From contig CALDLA010000009.1 of assembly GCA_937898415.1 (NCBI GenBank), forward strand, positions 4,272 to 68,271: a DNA stretch of 64,000 nucleotides, given 5' to 3'. Under the pieces are notes generated by a model. That model was not told the origin of the DNA, searched no databases, and was given only the letters and a program-made list of their open reading frames with translations. The stretch is from an uncultured Prevotellaceae bacterium. Its GTDB lineage: Bacteria > Bacteroidota > Bacteroidia > Bacteroidales > Bacteroidaceae. The position numbers were made by a program, and so were the translations under genes. Below, piece after piece: positions 62,377 to 64,000 of this stretch; the first letter of the stretch is position 1, and every line of letters begins with the position of its first letter.

Positions 62377-63783
62377 TCAGAACTTAAAGTCCACACCCAG
62401 GCCGACGACGTTGTTGGTACGTGAGTAGGTCTCCTTGCCGTAGGCGGCCTGCTTGTCGTAGTCGCTGTAGAGGCTGCAGAAGTAGCCGGCGTTGAGGCGG
62501 ATCTTTTCGGTAATGTTCCAGGCACCGCCCAGACCGACGGAGTAGCTGTCGCAGGCAAACGACGTGTTCTGCTGGTAGCCGTCGGAGAGGCCGTAGTCGG
62601 TACGCTGGCCACCAAGACTGACGGTGAACTTGTCATTGATGTCGTACTCTACACCGGCGAGAATCTCGTGGGTGCCGTGCTCCAGTTCCTTCTGGCGGTC
62701 ACCAGCCATCTTGGCGTTCTTGTCGTCATAGAAGTGATATTCCACGGTAGCGCGCAGCTTGTCCGTAAAGGCGTAACCGGCGGCCACGGAGAGCAGGGCG
62801 GGCATGTCGTAGCGGGTCTTGGCACCATCCTCGTAGGGAGCGGTATAAGCGCTGAAGCCACCTCCCATCTTCTCCTGGATGCCTTGTCCGATAGCCTGAG
62901 CCTGGGCTGCCGTGATGGCACCAGCCACCACTAACTGTGTCAACGGTTCCGTGACAAGCTTGGTGGTGTTCAGTTCGGCGTTCAGACTGTTTGTCTCGTT
63001 TTCGGTCTCAATCTTCGTGCGGAACTCATAACGGGCCGTAATCGTGAGTGGTCCCTGATGGAAAGCCAGACTGACGAGTGGCGTGAAGCCCCAGCCCTTC
63101 TGGTCGACGTCGAGCGAGAGGTTGGCGAGGTTTCCCGAGGCAGAGTGATTGGCCTTGACGTGGCCGCGATAGTAGCCGTCATAGTAATTGGCACGAATAC
63201 CGGCGGCAGCCGAGAGGCAGTCGAGCAGTCTGTAAGTAAAGTTGAACTGACCGCCATAGATGTACTGCTTGCCCTTCATCTCGGCATCGTACTGATCGGG
63301 GGTGACGACGGGCGTGTGGCCGCCGGTCACCTCTGACAGACCTTGAGTGAGCGTGGTGATGGTGCTACCCAGCAGTGCGTTGAACATGGGCACACCCTCT
63401 TTGTACTCCACAAAGCCGCCACTGCCCACGATACCTATCATCGTGCTGACGGCCCAGCGATCCTGCTTGTAGGAGGCAAAGAGTGCCGGCACGATAGGAG
63501 CCGAAGCCTTTCCTTCGTAGGTGTGACTGCCTGCCGCTGTGGTCAGCTCGATGTCACGGTATTGCCACGGTTTCTGGAAGTTCAGCGACAGCTGGAAACC
63601 GTCGTAGCCCCACGCCATTCCGGCTGGGTTGGAGTAGGCGGCGTCAATGTCGAACGTGGCACCGCGCGCCATCATGCGGTCGAATGCAATGTGGTAGTTT
63701 GTGTTGGTCATCAGACCACCAGCACGTACTGTCAGCGCCGTACTGGCAATGACAGCAATCATCATGAAAAACTTTCTCGTCAT
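62377..63783 (-). CDS. OM transport protein, OMPP1/FadL/TodX-like
   Basis: Internal ATG MTRKFFMMIAVIASTALTVRAGG. It has the N-terminal hatch-like motif GGLMTNTNYHIAFDRMMARGATFDIDAAYSNPAG, beta-barrel character, and ends ...GLGVDFKF. Confidence 0.78.
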   Translation of the reverse strand: MTRKFFMMIAVIASTALTVRAGGLMTNTNYHIAFDRMMARGATFDIDAAYSNPAGMAWGYDGFQLSLNFQKPWQYRDIELTTAAGSHTYEGKASAPIVPALFASYKQDRWAVSTMIGIVGSGGFVEYKEGVPMFNALLGSTITTLTQGLSEVTGGHTPVVTPDQYDAEMKGKQYIYGGQFNFTYRLLDCLSAAAGIRANYYDGYYRGHVKANHSASGNLANLSLDVDQKGWGFTPLVSLAFHQGPLTITARYEFRTKIETENETNSLNAELNTTKLVTEPLTQLVVAGAITAAQAQAIGQGIQEKMGGGFSAYTAPYEDGAKTRYDMPALLSVAAGYAFTDKLRATVEYHFYDDKNAKMAGDRQKELEHGTHEILAGVEYDINDKFTVSLGGQRTDYGLSDGYQQNTSFACDSYSVGLGGAWNITEKIRLNAGYFCSLYSDYDKQAAYGKETYSRTNNVVGLGVDFKF

Positions 63784-63879
63784 AACTTGGGTAGATATTT
63801 TAATGGATTTCGGGTGCAAAGTTACAACATTTTTGCGAAAAAATGATTATTTTTGTTCATTTTTAGGCTCAATTGTCAA

Positions 63880-64000
63880 TTAAAAGCAAAAAGCAACGCC
63901 CAGCATGACGGAAAGGGTACTCAGATAGCGCGGGTCGCTCAGATGAGGATAGCCCTTGTGATGGCTGACAAAGTCGTAGTAATACAACGCATCGAGGGTC
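63880..64000 (-). CDS. C-terminal 39 codons of an unidentified gene running off the window
   Basis: The open frame ...TLDALYYYDFVSHHKGYPHLSDPRYLSTLSVMLGVAFCF* extends to the window edge. Confidence 0.3.
   Translation of the reverse strand, partial: TLDALYYYDFVSHHKGYPHLSDPRYLSTLSVMLGVAFCF

Overview
The window looks like a Bacteroidota chromosome, probably Prevotellaceae. The evidence is SusC/SusD pairs, por/gld type IX secretion (T9SS) genes, recurrent TAnnTTTG -7 promoter boxes and lipoprotein signal peptides.

Gene content, left to right:
- A cobalamin-riboswitch-led flavodoxin-like + LysR operon on the minus strand.
- A cluster of tiny hydrophobic peptide ORFs next to a permease-HMA metal transporter, then an Hsp20 and dinB.
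- A 17-kb minus-strand locus of two SusC/SusD pairs and three fasciclin (FAS1) lipoproteins, with no CAZyme or regulator.
- A fimbrillin-like gene apparently split by a frameshift from a DUF1566-like C-terminal part.
- A GH5-GH43 protein with a T9SS sorting domain, then porP-porK-porL-porM-porN, a small outer-membrane (OM) beta-barrel and priA.
- A visibly more AT-rich island of about 12 kb (39.6-51.65 kb). It holds three decayed AAA-ATPase paralogs, a type I R-M operon (hsdM-hsdS-AlbA_2 gene-hsdR) and a DUF4160/DUF2442 pair.
- DUF2461, a 1733-aa C10 protease-LRR-Omp28-MBG mosaic, a GH43 pseudogene, GH30, a beta-helix lipoprotein, gene remnants and a FadL-like OM protein.

I saw no rRNA, tRNA, CRISPR array, integrase or transposase.

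The most unusual signals are non-coding:
1. Successive triplet arrays of different palindromes, all phased at 21-22 bp, flank the R-M operon.
2. An 11-bp tandem array sits directly upstream of hsdR.
3. A family of heptanucleotide arrays fills intercistronic spacers and also occurs inside coding sequence (porN signal peptide, GH30, priA).

All functional calls rest on motif recognition by eye. No searches were run.
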